Assembly: GCA_964369205.1 (NCBI GenBank)
Contig: CAYJEK010000006.1
Location: 184-64,183 of the forward strand
Source: an uncultured Oscillospiraceae bacterium
GTDB lineage: Bacteria; Bacillota; Clostridia; Oscillospirales; Ruminococcaceae
DNA: 64,000 nucleotides
Reading direction: 5' to 3'
Made by a program: the position numbers and the translations under genes. Positions 9,812-18,613 of the stretch are shown piece by piece (within the stretch, counting starts at the first letter, position 1; the number at the start of each line of letters is the position of its first letter). Under the pieces are notes generated by a model. That model saw only the letters and a list, made by a program, of their open reading frames with translations, made no database searches and was not told the origin of the DNA.

Positions 9812-10504
9812 TTATTTATTTTTGTTTATTATTTTAATTGAGTATTCATTTGTTTTTAAGTCGATAAAGTTTACATATAAAGAAACTTTATTTTCATCGT
9901 TTAAACTATTCCATATATTTTTTGAAAAATCTTCTATATCTCCACTAAAACTTGTTTTAACTGGCTCACCTATAAAAGATGGGATAGGATTTCCATCATC
10001 AAAATATGTGTGAATAATTCTACCTGTATTTAAAGGAATATTATTATATTCATAAAAATATCTTAGACAATGATTTTTATCGCCATCATCAGATTTTAAA
10101 ATACTCATTTTAAAAGAATAATCCTTATTTACAATAGCTGAAATGCGAGGAGTGTAATTATCAGCATCTGGCTCAAACTCTCTTGTTTTTAAAGCGGCAT
10201 TAAAGCCTTTTCCATCCTTTAAAAAATCGTAAATAGTGTTTGTTTGATCGCCGTTTGTTATAATTAGTTTATCATTATATTTAATTACAGGATTATAAAT
10301 TATTAAAGAAGGATCAACTAATTTTGATTCATCAAAAGCCATGGTTTTTATGCCCATATCAGTTTCTTTAAAAATTCTATTTCTACTATTTTCGCTTCTG
10401 CCCATAATAAAATAAGCACAAACTAGGTGAGTTTCATTTTTTCCAATAAATATCCCTCGCCCAGGATAAGATTTATTTTCTAGGTATTCATTTAAAGTTA
10501 TCAT
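9812..10504 (-). CDS. purO: IMP cyclohydrolase, PurO-like (archaeal type)
   Basis: 230 aa. YPGRGIFIGKNETHLVCAYFIMGRSENSRNRIF matches my recollection of the PurO/IMP_cyclohyd family. It sits immediately upstream of the truncated purH. Confidence 0.7.
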   Translation of the reverse strand: MITLNEYLENKSYPGRGIFIGKNETHLVCAYFIMGRSENSRNRIFKETDMGIKTMAFDESKLVDPSLIIYNPVIKYNDKLIITNGDQTNTIYDFLKDGKGFNAALKTREFEPDADNYTPRISAIVNKDYSFKMSILKSDDGDKNHCLRYFYEYNNIPLNTGRIIHTYFDDGNPIPSFIGEPVKTSFSGDIEDFSKNIWNSLNDENKVSLYVNFIDLKTNEYSIKIINKNK

Positions 10505-10539
10505 AATTTTATATTCTCCATTTTTATATAAATTGAAAA

Positions 10540-11136
10540 TTATATATTCTTTTTATCAGCAATTTTTTTAATAGCCTGTGGAAGGATTACCCATTCGGCC
10601 TCAGTAAGGATTCTTTTTTGCAGAATTTCAGGCGTATCGCCATCTAAAACTTCTACAGCTTTTTGAATTATTATCTCTCCAGTATCAACACCAGCGTCAA
10701 CATAGTGAACAGTTGCCCCTGAAATTTTAACTCCTTTTTTTAAAGCTGCCTTATGAACATTTAAACCATAAAAACCATCACCACAGAATGATGGAATTAA
10801 AGAAGGGTGAATATTTATTATACGATTTGTAAAATTTTCGACAAAATTTGCAGAAAGTATAGTTAAAAAACCTGCAAGTACAACTAAATCAATCTCTTTT
10901 TCTTTTAAATATTTAATTAAATCCTCTTCCCATAAAGAGTGAGCAGTGTAGTCCTTTTTTAAAAAAACTTTACTTTCTATATTGTTTTCTTTTGCTCTTT
11001 TTAAAGCGAATACATCGCTTTTGTTTGAAATAACACAAGAAATATTAACATTATCTAAAGCACCATTTTTCTTTTCATCAATAATAGCTTGCAAATTTGA
11101 GCCAGATCCTGAAACTAAAACTGCTATATTTAACAT
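10540..11136 (-). CDS. purN: phosphoribosylglycinamide formyltransferase
   Basis: VLVSGSGSNLQAI and INIHPSLIPSFCG motifs. It overlaps the purM stop. Confidence 0.9.
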   Translation of the reverse strand: MLNIAVLVSGSGSNLQAIIDEKKNGALDNVNISCVISNKSDVFALKRAKENNIESKVFLKKDYTAHSLWEEDLIKYLKEKEIDLVVLAGFLTILSANFVENFTNRIINIHPSLIPSFCGDGFYGLNVHKAALKKGVKISGATVHYVDAGVDTGEIIIQKAVEVLDGDTPEILQKRILTEAEWVILPQAIKKIADKKNI

Positions 11137-12167
11137 AGGATAACCTCGTTTTTACCATCGATAACTTCGCCTAAAATATAAGCATTTTCGCCATTCTCTT
11201 TTAAAATGGAAATTGCTTTTTCGCTTTCTTCTTTGGAAGTGATAATCACCATACCAACACCCATATTAAAAGTTGAATACATGCCCTCGTCTGGAACATT
11301 TCCTGTTTTTTGAATTAAATCAAAAATAGGTAAAGTACGAACATTTTCTTTTTTAATTAAAACGGATTTATCTTTTGGCAACGCTCTTGGAATGTTTTCA
11401 TAAAATCCACCGCCAGTTATATGTGCAATAGATTTTACATTAACATTTTCTAAAACGGCAAGAGTAGGCTTTACATAAATTTTAGTAGGAGTTAAAAGTG
11501 TGTTTAAAACAGTATCGTTTAATTCTTCTACATAAATATCATTAAAATTATCAGAATTAATATTAAATATTTTTCTTACTAATGAAAACCCATTTGAGTG
11601 AACTCCGCTAGAAGGAAGAGCGATTAAAACATCTCCAGTTTTTACATTTTCGCTATTTAATATTTTATTTTCATCAACTACTCCTGTTGAAAATCCGGCT
11701 AAATCATATTCATCTAGAGAATAAAATCCAGGCATTTCTGCCGTTTCACCGCCAACTAAACTACAGCCAGCTTGAAGACATCCATCAGCTACACCACGAA
11801 CGATATCTGCTATTTTTTCAGGATGATTTTTATCACATGCTATGTAATCTAAAAATAAAAGTGGTTTTGCACCACAGCAAACAATATCATTTACACACAT
11901 AGCAACACAGTCTATTCCGATAGTATCGTGCTTATTTGTTAAAAAAGCTATTTTTAATTTTGTTCCAACTCCATCAGTACCAGAGACTAAAACAGGATTT
12001 TCAATTCCTTTTAAATCCAATTTTACCATACCACCAAAACCACCAAGACCGTTTAAAACAGCATTAGTAAAAGTTGCCTCAACACTTTTTTTCATTAATT
12101 CAACAGATTTATATCCAGCTTCTACATCAACACCTGCATCCTTATAACTTTGATTAAAGTTTTGCAT
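11130..12167 (-). CDS. purM: phosphoribosylformylglycinamidine cyclo-ligase (AIR synthetase)
   Basis: YKDAGVDVEAGY and SGTDGVGTKL motifs, 345 aa. Confidence 0.95.
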   Translation of the reverse strand: MQNFNQSYKDAGVDVEAGYKSVELMKKSVEATFTNAVLNGLGGFGGMVKLDLKGIENPVLVSGTDGVGTKLKIAFLTNKHDTIGIDCVAMCVNDIVCCGAKPLLFLDYIACDKNHPEKIADIVRGVADGCLQAGCSLVGGETAEMPGFYSLDEYDLAGFSTGVVDENKILNSENVKTGDVLIALPSSGVHSNGFSLVRKIFNINSDNFNDIYVEELNDTVLNTLLTPTKIYVKPTLAVLENVNVKSIAHITGGGFYENIPRALPKDKSVLIKKENVRTLPIFDLIQKTGNVPDEGMYSTFNMGVGMVIITSKEESEKAISILKENGENAYILGEVIDGKNEVILC

Positions 12168-12200
12168 AACTTATCCCTTTCATTAGCTATTTTAAGTAAT

Positions 12201-12686
12201 TTATTTATTATTTAAGGCTTTATCTTTTTTTATTACTGCTTCCTGCATATCTTCTTTAGCTTTTTTTATTTTTAAAGCCATTTCACTGCAAGAAACTCCT
12301 ATAATTTGTGCTGCTAATATAGCTGCATTTTCAGCACCATCTATTGCCACAGTTGCAACTGGGATACCACTAGGCATTTGTACAGTTGATAAAAGGGCAT
12401 CAAGGCCATCTAAAGTAGAAGATTTAATAGGTACACCGATAACAGGAAGAGTTGTGTGTGCAGCAAGTACTCCTGCTAAATGAGCGGCTTTTCCAGCTGC
12501 TGCTATAATAGTGCTGAATCCATTTTCTGCTGCATTTTCAGCAAAATCACAGGCTATTTTAGGAGTTCTGTGTGCTGACATAATTCTCATTTCATATTCA
12601 ATTCCAAAGCTTTCTAATTTATCTGCAGCTTTTTGCATAACAGCTAAATCACTATCGCTCCCCATAACAATTGCAACTTTTTTCAT
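12201..12686 (-). CDS. purE: PurE (AIR carboxylase / N5-CAIR mutase family)
   Basis: [14 protein letters not shown] and SAHRTP motifs. The track start at 12725 was trimmed to the ATG at 12686 that gives the canonical N-terminus. Confidence 0.9.
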   Translation of the reverse strand: MKKVAIVMGSDSDLAVMQKAADKLESFGIEYEMRIMSAHRTPKIACDFAENAAENGFSTIIAAAGKAAHLAGVLAAHTTLPVIGVPIKSSTLDGLDALLSTVQMPSGIPVATVAIDGAENAAILAAQIIGVSCSEMALKIKKAKEDMQEAVIKKDKALNNK

Positions 12687-12748
12687 AATAATAAAATCCT
12701 TTCTTAAATGGCATTTGAAAAACATTTCAAATAACTAGCTTTCAAAAT

Positions 12749-12785
12749 AAAAAAACGGAAATAACTTATATAAAAAGCATTTCCG
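12749..12785 (-). terminator. riboswitch expression-platform terminator
   Basis: On the minus strand: CGGAAAT-loop-ATTTCCG followed by U7. It lies between the aptamer and purE. Confidence 0.7.
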
Positions 12786-12840
12786 AAAACTGAAAAAGCA
12801 AAATGAAATTAAGCTAAAATAACTTAAAATAGTTTTGCTT

Positions 12841-12910
12841 ATCAATAGTCAAGCCATTTGAGGCGGCTTGGTAGAAACGCTAAGGCCATATCCCTTAAAT
12901 TATATTGATA
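12841..12910 (-). promoter_or_regulatory. purine riboswitch aptamer, guanine class
   Basis: The minus-strand RNA is UAUCAAUAUAAUUUAAGGGAUAUGGCCUUAGCGUUUCUACCAAGCCGCCUCAAAUGGCUUGACUAUUGAU. It aligns with the B. subtilis xpt aptamer core (AUAAU, GGAUAUGG, GUUUCUACC, GACUAU). A C occupies the specificity position before the 3' P1 strand. Confidence 0.88.
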
Positions 12911-12960
12911 TTATTAAATTTTGTTTTAAATTGTAAAATAATAGAATTATTTACAATTTA

Positions 12961-12990
12961 ATTATACTATTTTAAGCTGTTTATTTTCAA
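12961..12990 (-). promoter_or_regulatory. sigma-A type promoter of the pur operon
   Basis: On the minus strand: TTGAAA, 18-nt spacer, TATAAT, about 50 nt upstream of the aptamer. Confidence 0.6.
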
Positions 12991-13095
12991 CTGTGAGTAA
13001 TGATGAAAATAAGAATGTAATTATAGTGTTTTCTATAACAAAGGTAAAAAAACAGGGTATTTTTAATATGAAAAATAAGGCTAAGTAAACTAAAA

Positions 13096-13124
13096 TCAAA
13101 AAAACCACCAAAAGGTGGTTTTTT
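13096..13124. terminator. terminator after the 1019-aa gene
   Basis: Stem aaaaccacc-aaaa-ggtggtttt flanked by A/T runs. Confidence 0.8.
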
Positions 13125-13129
13125 AAATA

Positions 13130-16100
13130 TTAATATTTTTTAATATATGCCACAACTATTGTCAGTCCTGCAAAGCCTAAAGAAATTAGCTGAATTGATA
13201 GAAGTGGAATTTTTGGAATTGTTAAAGAGTATGAGAATAATAATGCTAAAATACCGCCAACTGCAACTGATAGATTTTGAACAACAGAGCATATCGTTTG
13301 CGCTATTCTTGCAGCCTCTGCCGCTTTAAAACTTTGAGTTAGCGAATGAAGGTTGTCTAAATGGGCAACACACGCCTCAGTCTCAAAGGTGTAATCGGTG
13401 TAAGTTTGCATTAATAAAAACTCTTGCTGATTTAAAACACCAACAGATTCTAGTGGCAGATTATAGATTTTTTCAACAAGTCTTGCATCAACATTAAAAT
13501 CCCTTGAAGTTAAAATAATGTTTCTTGAATGATTAACAAAAACATCTAAATTCTTTTTAACTTCTTCGTCCATATGATAGCTAACTATGAAAACTCCATA
13601 TAACTGACCATTTACGGAAATATAAATAGGTTTTTGATTTTTTTCAGCGAGTGAATTCTCACCAGTAATTGATGGAAGAGGAATATCGTATTTTTCCATT
13701 AACTGCCTGTTGCCAACTAAAACCCTATTTTTATTAACCCAAGCTACATATCCTTGATTTTGAGTATATTCACAAGAATCAACAGGATATAAAATATCGG
13801 TATTGTTTTTTATAACCTGCATGAATATAGGTTTTAAATTTTCACATTCTGATATTAAAACACTAGAAGCATATAAAATAGCAGAATCTAATTTATCAAC
13901 TTGTGCTGGGCGAATGCCGTGTAAAACGATAGTGTTTTTTGGGAATAAATGCTTTGCATCAAAAGTTACATGTGTTGTTTTTGATAATTGGTCAATGCCT
14001 TGCCAGCCGTTTACTAAAGCACCAACTTGTTTTAATTTTTTTTGCATAAAGCTAGATGGAACACTCACTATCATTGTGTGAGCTAGAGGTATTTGCAAAA
14101 CAGCTGCACCAGTAGCGCAAGATAAGGCTGTTAAAAAACTTTTTGATATAAAAAGTGAGATAATAAATGATATAGCAGTAACGATGCAAGCTGCAATAGC
14201 TGTTTTTTTAGCTTTAATATCACTATCACTAATTGAAAATCCGGCTTTGAGAAAGTTTGTTATATTGCTAGTTTTTCTTGAAAGGAGAATATTTGGCATA
14301 TTGCTATCAAGAGTTCTAGAAATTCTTTTAACTGCCTCAGTATCTTTTAATATATAGCCAACATTGATACCCTCAGGAGCATAAGCAAGTTTTAAATTTC
14401 TTATAATATTATCAGTTGCAATTCTTTTTCCAAGAGCATTAAATGCTAAGCTGAGTGAAATAATACTTGCAAAAATAGTCATTTCATTAGGGGGTTGTGT
14501 GCTTGAATTTAATGTAAAGAATATTAATTGAAGTATTGATAAAACACCGCCGACACTAATAAAGCTATCAGGAGTTGGGTTTTTAAATAATCCGCGAAAG
14601 CCAGAAATAATCGTTGGAATAAAAGCTATTAATACAACAGAGAATATCACAAGGTTTGCAAGGTAAAACATCATTGGCTGAGAAATAGGATTTATAACTT
14701 CTGGCAAATTTATATTGCTAGTTGCAAAAATTGTTAGCATACTAAGAGCAAGAGCTCCTATAAATCCAACGGCAATTCTTAAAGAAAGTGTGGTTTTAAA
14801 GCTTTGCAATTCGCTTGTTATATCCATATTAGTATCTGTGTTTGAATCAAAAATTTCTCCCATAGAAATATATTCTTCAAAAACAGATTCTTCTTCATCT
14901 TCGCTGTTTTTAGCATCTTCATCAATAGGTGAAAACAAATTAGTTATAGCAAAATCGCTAGTGTTTTCTAAATCTTCACTAATTTCTATATCTGATAAAG
15001 TGTCAGTTTCAACAAATTTTGTAAGAAAAATATCTTGTGTGTCTTGATTATTAAGTGAAGATAAAACGTTTTTTGCAGCAGGGGATAAATCCTCATTTAT
15101 AATAGTAGAATCTTCTTTTATATCAGTAGCTGGATTTTCTTTTTCATTAATAAAACTATTTAAAACAATTTGAGTTTTAGTTAAATTATCATCACCTATA
15201 TCATTTTTAAAAAGTGTTTTAGTTAAATTGTTTTCATTTACAGATGAAAGCAAAGCATCATCTTCTTTAGCGGTATCATAAGAATCTAAAGTTTCTTTTG
15301 GTGCAGTAATTTCTTCTAAAATAACAGGTTTTTCAATCACTTCCTCAAGAGTTTCTTCGATAGGATGTTCTATAGTTTCTTCTATTTGTTCTTTTTCTGC
15401 AGTTTTTTCTTCTATAATTTCTTTGGCAGTTAATTTTTCCTCAGTGATAACAGCTGTTTTAATTGCCTCTTTTGCATCTTTTATTTCTTCATTATATTTT
15501 TTGTAAACTGGCATTGAAGAAAAAGCTGGCTCATTTTTTATTTCTTCTAAATCTTCATCAGATAAAGAGAATAGATTTTTTAGCCCAAAGCGTTTTTTTG
15601 TAGTAGAAGAGTCGGGTTTATTATTTGATTTTTCATCTATAATAGGTTTATACACTTCATCACGAGGCTCTTTTTGGATTTCTTCTTTATGAGTTTCTGA
15701 AATAGCTTTTATAGCTTCAAGCTTTTTTTCTTTTTTTCTTTTTTTAATAGTTTTTTTATCAGCATTTTCATCTTCAAAAAAGTATTCATCTGGAAGATTT
15801 AAAGATAGGCTATCAGTTATATATTTCTTTTTAAAAAAGCCTGCTTGCCTTTTTTTAGATTCTACAACTAATTGCTCTGGAGTTTTTGTAACAGCAACAG
15901 TTTTAGTGAAAAATTCAGAGAATTTATCATCAGCTTCTTCTTTTTTATCATCATTAGAAGGATTTAAATTAGAAGGAGTACTTTCCTGTTTTAAAAAAGT
16001 TTCAAGAGCAGGATTTGCATCAGTGCTATCGTCTGTAGTTGCCTTTGTTTCTCTTAAAGCTTTTTTTGCTAGTATTTGTGCAGATAAATCTTCTCCACTA

Positions 16101-16189
16101 GAAATAGAGGAACTAGTAATTCCTCTTTCCTCTTTTCTTTTTTTTATGTTTTCTAAAATGCTATCAATTTCTTTTGAAGAGTTTGGCAT
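13130..16189 (-). CDS. large membrane protein: about 460-aa acidic low-complexity N-terminus plus a polytopic domain resembling a catalytically degenerate P-type (P1B-like) ATPase
   Basis: 1019 aa. The C-terminal half has P1B-like order, but DKTGT is replaced by FDAKHLF, TGD by TSRD and GDGxND by AHLDNL. The VGNRQLMEKYDI block is retained. An SD (aaagga) lies upstream. Confidence 0.5.
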   Translation of the reverse strand: MPNSSKEIDSILENIKKRKEERGITSSSISSGEDLSAQILAKKALRETKATTDDSTDANPALETFLKQESTPSNLNPSNDDKKEEADDKFSEFFTKTVAVTKTPEQLVVESKKRQAGFFKKKYITDSLSLNLPDEYFFEDENADKKTIKKRKKEKKLEAIKAISETHKEEIQKEPRDEVYKPIIDEKSNNKPDSSTTKKRFGLKNLFSLSDEDLEEIKNEPAFSSMPVYKKYNEEIKDAKEAIKTAVITEEKLTAKEIIEEKTAEKEQIEETIEHPIEETLEEVIEKPVILEEITAPKETLDSYDTAKEDDALLSSVNENNLTKTLFKNDIGDDNLTKTQIVLNSFINEKENPATDIKEDSTIINEDLSPAAKNVLSSLNNQDTQDIFLTKFVETDTLSDIEISEDLENTSDFAITNLFSPIDEDAKNSEDEEESVFEEYISMGEIFDSNTDTNMDITSELQSFKTTLSLRIAVGFIGALALSMLTIFATSNINLPEVINPISQPMMFYLANLVIFSVVLIAFIPTIISGFRGLFKNPTPDSFISVGGVLSILQLIFFTLNSSTQPPNEMTIFASIISLSLAFNALGKRIATDNIIRNLKLAYAPEGINVGYILKDTEAVKRISRTLDSNMPNILLSRKTSNITNFLKAGFSISDSDIKAKKTAIAACIVTAISFIISLFISKSFLTALSCATGAAVLQIPLAHTMIVSVPSSFMQKKLKQVGALVNGWQGIDQLSKTTHVTFDAKHLFPKNTIVLHGIRPAQVDKLDSAILYASSVLISECENLKPIFMQVIKNNTDILYPVDSCEYTQNQGYVAWVNKNRVLVGNRQLMEKYDIPLPSITGENSLAEKNQKPIYISVNGQLYGVFIVSYHMDEEVKKNLDVFVNHSRNIILTSRDFNVDARLVEKIYNLPLESVGVLNQQEFLLMQTYTDYTFETEACVAHLDNLHSLTQSFKAAEAARIAQTICSVVQNLSVAVGGILALLFSYSLTIPKIPLLSIQLISLGFAGLTIVVAYIKKY

Positions 16190-16204
16190 AATAGTTATCC
16201 TTTA

Positions 16205-16954
16205 TTATAAATTTCTTTGTCGTACAATTTCATACATTAATATTCCAGCTGCAACCGATGCATTATATGAATCAACATCACTGCCGTTATTCATCATAGG
16301 AATAGATACTATATCATCGCACAAACTTTTTACTAAAGGCTGAACACCTTTACCCTCGTTTCCAATAACAATGGCAATAGCACCTTTTAAATTTTGCTTG
16401 TAAACTGGAACTTTTGAGAAATCAGCACAGTATACAAATATATTCTTTTCTTTTAAAAGGCGAACAGTTTGAGCAATGTTTGCAACTTTTGCTATAGGCA
16501 TATGCATTGAAGCGCCAGCAGAAGATTTATGAACAATGCCTGTTATTGAGCTTGAGCCCCTTTTTGGAATAACAACTCCGTGAGCGCCCATTAAATAAGC
16601 GCTTCTTATTATAGCACCTAAATTATGAGGATCTTCAATACTCTCGCAAATTATTATAAAAGGAGGTTCTCCTTTTTCATTTGCTATATTTAAAATTTCA
16701 TCTATAGCCATATAAGTAACAGTGCTAGCATAAGCTGCAACACCTTGATGATGCTCATTCTCACAAAGAGTATTAAGCTTTAAAGGGTGCACTTTTTTAA
16801 CAACAGCTCCACAATCTTTAGCAAGAGCTATATAAAAGTTTTGAACACTAGGATTTAAACTTTCAGAGATAAAAACAGTGTCAACACTTGCCTTTGATTT
16901 TAATAATTCTGTAACAGGGTTTTTGCCGTATATTATATCGCTTTTATATTCCAT
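16205..16954 (-). CDS. rlmB: 23S rRNA (guanosine-2'-O)-methyltransferase, SpoU/TrmH family
   Basis: 249 aa. SpoU substrate-binding N-domain plus HNLGAIIRSA, VIGNEGKG and SYNASVAAGILMYE motifs. Confidence 0.85.
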   Translation of the reverse strand: MEYKSDIIYGKNPVTELLKSKASVDTVFISESLNPSVQNFYIALAKDCGAVVKKVHPLKLNTLCENEHHQGVAAYASTVTYMAIDEILNIANEKGEPPFIIICESIEDPHNLGAIIRSAYLMGAHGVVIPKRGSSSITGIVHKSSAGASMHMPIAKVANIAQTVRLLKEKNIFVYCADFSKVPVYKQNLKGAIAIVIGNEGKGVQPLVKSLCDDIVSIPMMNNGSDVDSYNASVAAGILMYEIVRQRNL

Positions 16955-17049
16955 AAAAAGCTCCTTTATCTAAAAAATTACTTTAATAGATAAATTATAT
17001 CAAATTTTTTAGTATAATAAAAGACTTTTTCGATAAAAAAGTGAATATT

Positions 17050-17298
17050 TTAGAAAATATTTATAAATATAGAAGCTAAAAAGAAAACTGCAAGAAAAAA
17101 AGTGATGAAATTCATAATAGAAAATGGCGATTTTTCTTTTTTATTTATTTTTAAATTATCTAAGATAGCCTGAGCATCCTTTCTTGTGTGTGCAACATTT
17201 ATACTATGTTCTCCTGGTTTTAAAAAAACTAGTATTTTTTCTATTTCATTGTTTTTTGTATCATTTATTTCAATAACTTTATGCTGTAAACCTTTCAT
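17050..17298 (-). CDS. small tail-anchored membrane protein, unknown function
   Basis: 82 aa with a single C-terminal TM segment (FSIMNFITFFLAVFFLASIFINIF). No recognisable family. Confidence 0.45.
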   Translation of the reverse strand: MKGLQHKVIEINDTKNNEIEKILVFLKPGEHSINVAHTRKDAQAILDNLKINKKEKSPFSIMNFITFFLAVFFLASIFINIF

Positions 17299-17406
17299 AA
17301 ACTCACCTCGATTAAAAAAATGTTAAATTTGTGTAAAATGCCAATTTACAACTCCATAAAATACCTTTTAAAATTACGAATTGTAGATAAATTTAGCTTG
17401 ACATAA

Positions 17407-17545
17407 ATTTTCAACATTAGCTAAACTATGTTGATAACTCTGTTGAAACTGTTGAAAACTTCGCTTAAAATCAGTGTTTTATTGCTGTAGAATGTCGAAT
17501 AGCAACTTGAGTTTTCAACACCCTGTTGAAAACCTTGTTTAAAAC
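17407..17545. repeat. array of seven copies of a TGTTGAAAAC-like 10-mer in both orientations
   Basis: Copies at 17407-16 (-), 17429-38 (+), 17441-49 (+), 17450-59 (+), 17511-20 (-), 17524-33 (+) and a degenerate one at 17536-45 (+). 17511-17533 is a perfect 10-bp inverted repeat with a 3-nt spacer. Confidence 0.8.
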
Positions 17546-17713
17546 TCTCTGTAATATTGCTTAGTGTCAATAGGTAAAACTGACAAAATCCTTATAGTAA
17601 TTCTTGCTAAAAATATAAAAATCTAAACAACAAAAAAATAAGTATTTTTTGCATATTAAGTTAAAATATGGTAAATTATATAGTAAGAAATAAATTTTAG
17701 GAGATTTTAATGT

Positions 17714-18544
17714 ATGAATTATACAATTGATAATAAAATAACGTTTATTAATGTTGAGGATTATAATCTAGATGAAACATTTTTATGTGGTCAGGCTTTT
17801 AGATGGGATAAATATAAAGAGGGATTTTCAGGGTTTATGGGAGAGGATTTGTGTTATGTTTATTTTGAGGGGAAAAATTTGATTGTAGAATCTTTAAATA
17901 ATAACTCTAATTTAGAAGAATTAAGAAAAAAAGCAGAAAAATATCTAGCACTTAATATTGAGTATAAAAAATTAAAAGAAAAGTTTTCAAAAAATGAAGT
18001 TATGAAAAAATCAATAGCATATGCACCAGGAATAAGAGTTTTAAATCAAGATTTTTTTGAAACACTAATAACATTTATTATCAGCCAAAATAACAACATA
18101 CCAAGAATTAAAAAAATAGTGGATACTTTAAGTGAAAAGTATGGTAAAAAAATAGGAGATTTTTATAGTTTTCCTACAGCTGAAAATTTAAAGAATGTTT
18201 CAGAAGAAGAATATAGCGAATTAAAAATGGGATTTCGAGCAAAATATGTTTTTGATGCTGTTCAAAAAATTTTAAATGAAGAAATAAAAGAAGAAACTCT
18301 ACTATTAATGACGTATGAAGAGGCACAAAAAGAACTTATTAAAATAAAAGGGGTAGGCCCAAAAGTTGCAGATTGTGTTTTATTGTTTTCTTTAGAAAAG
18401 TATGAGAGTTTTCCAAAAGATGTTTGGATAAATAGAGCGCTAGAAAAGATGTTTCCAAAAGGTCTTCCAAAAGAGATAAAAGGGTATGAAGGGATAGCGC
18501 AGCAATATATTTTTCATTATGCAAGAAATAATCTTGAAAAATAA
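17714..18544 (+). CDS. ogg: 8-oxoguanine DNA glycosylase / AP lyase (HhH-GPD family)
   Basis: N-terminal FLCGQAFRW and the HhH-GPD motif IKGVGPKVADCVLLF, 276 aa. Confidence 0.8.
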   Translation: MNYTIDNKITFINVEDYNLDETFLCGQAFRWDKYKEGFSGFMGEDLCYVYFEGKNLIVESLNNNSNLEELRKKAEKYLALNIEYKKLKEKFSKNEVMKKSIAYAPGIRVLNQDFFETLITFIISQNNNIPRIKKIVDTLSEKYGKKIGDFYSFPTAENLKNVSEEEYSELKMGFRAKYVFDAVQKILNEEIKEETLLLMTYEEAQKELIKIKGVGPKVADCVLLFSLEKYESFPKDVWINRALEKMFPKGLPKEIKGYEGIAQQYIFHYARNNLEK

Positions 18545-18613
18545 TCCCAAAAAGGGTATTATATATATAGGTGAAAATTTTTGAATATTAAAAAAAATTA
18601 AAGGAGAGTATTT

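Noticed and set aside
13803-16343. Plus-strand ORFs 13803-14081, 14715-15047 and 15906-16343 opposite the 1019-aa gene and rlmB
   Set aside because: They are antisense shadow ORFs. 15906-16343 would span the rlmB/1019-aa gene junction, and its Ser-rich sequence mirrors the Glu/Lys-rich sense strand.
17494-17500. A perfect Spo0A box (TGTCGAA) inside the 17.4 kb intergenic region
   Set aside because: It is a single 7-mer. Several occurrences are expected by chance in 64 kb on both strands (another lies inside purN near 10847), and it is not clustered or positioned relative to a promoter.
17400-17545. The motif array read as DnaA boxes/oriC, or as a small hydrophobic ORF (MLITLLKLLKTSLKISVLLL from ATG 17428)
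   Set aside because: TGTTGAAAAC differs from the DnaA box TGTGGATAA at two or more positions, and there is no dnaA/dnaN context or AT-rich unwinding element pattern. The 19-codon ORF has no SD, and its LLK repeats are simply the translation of the DNA repeat.
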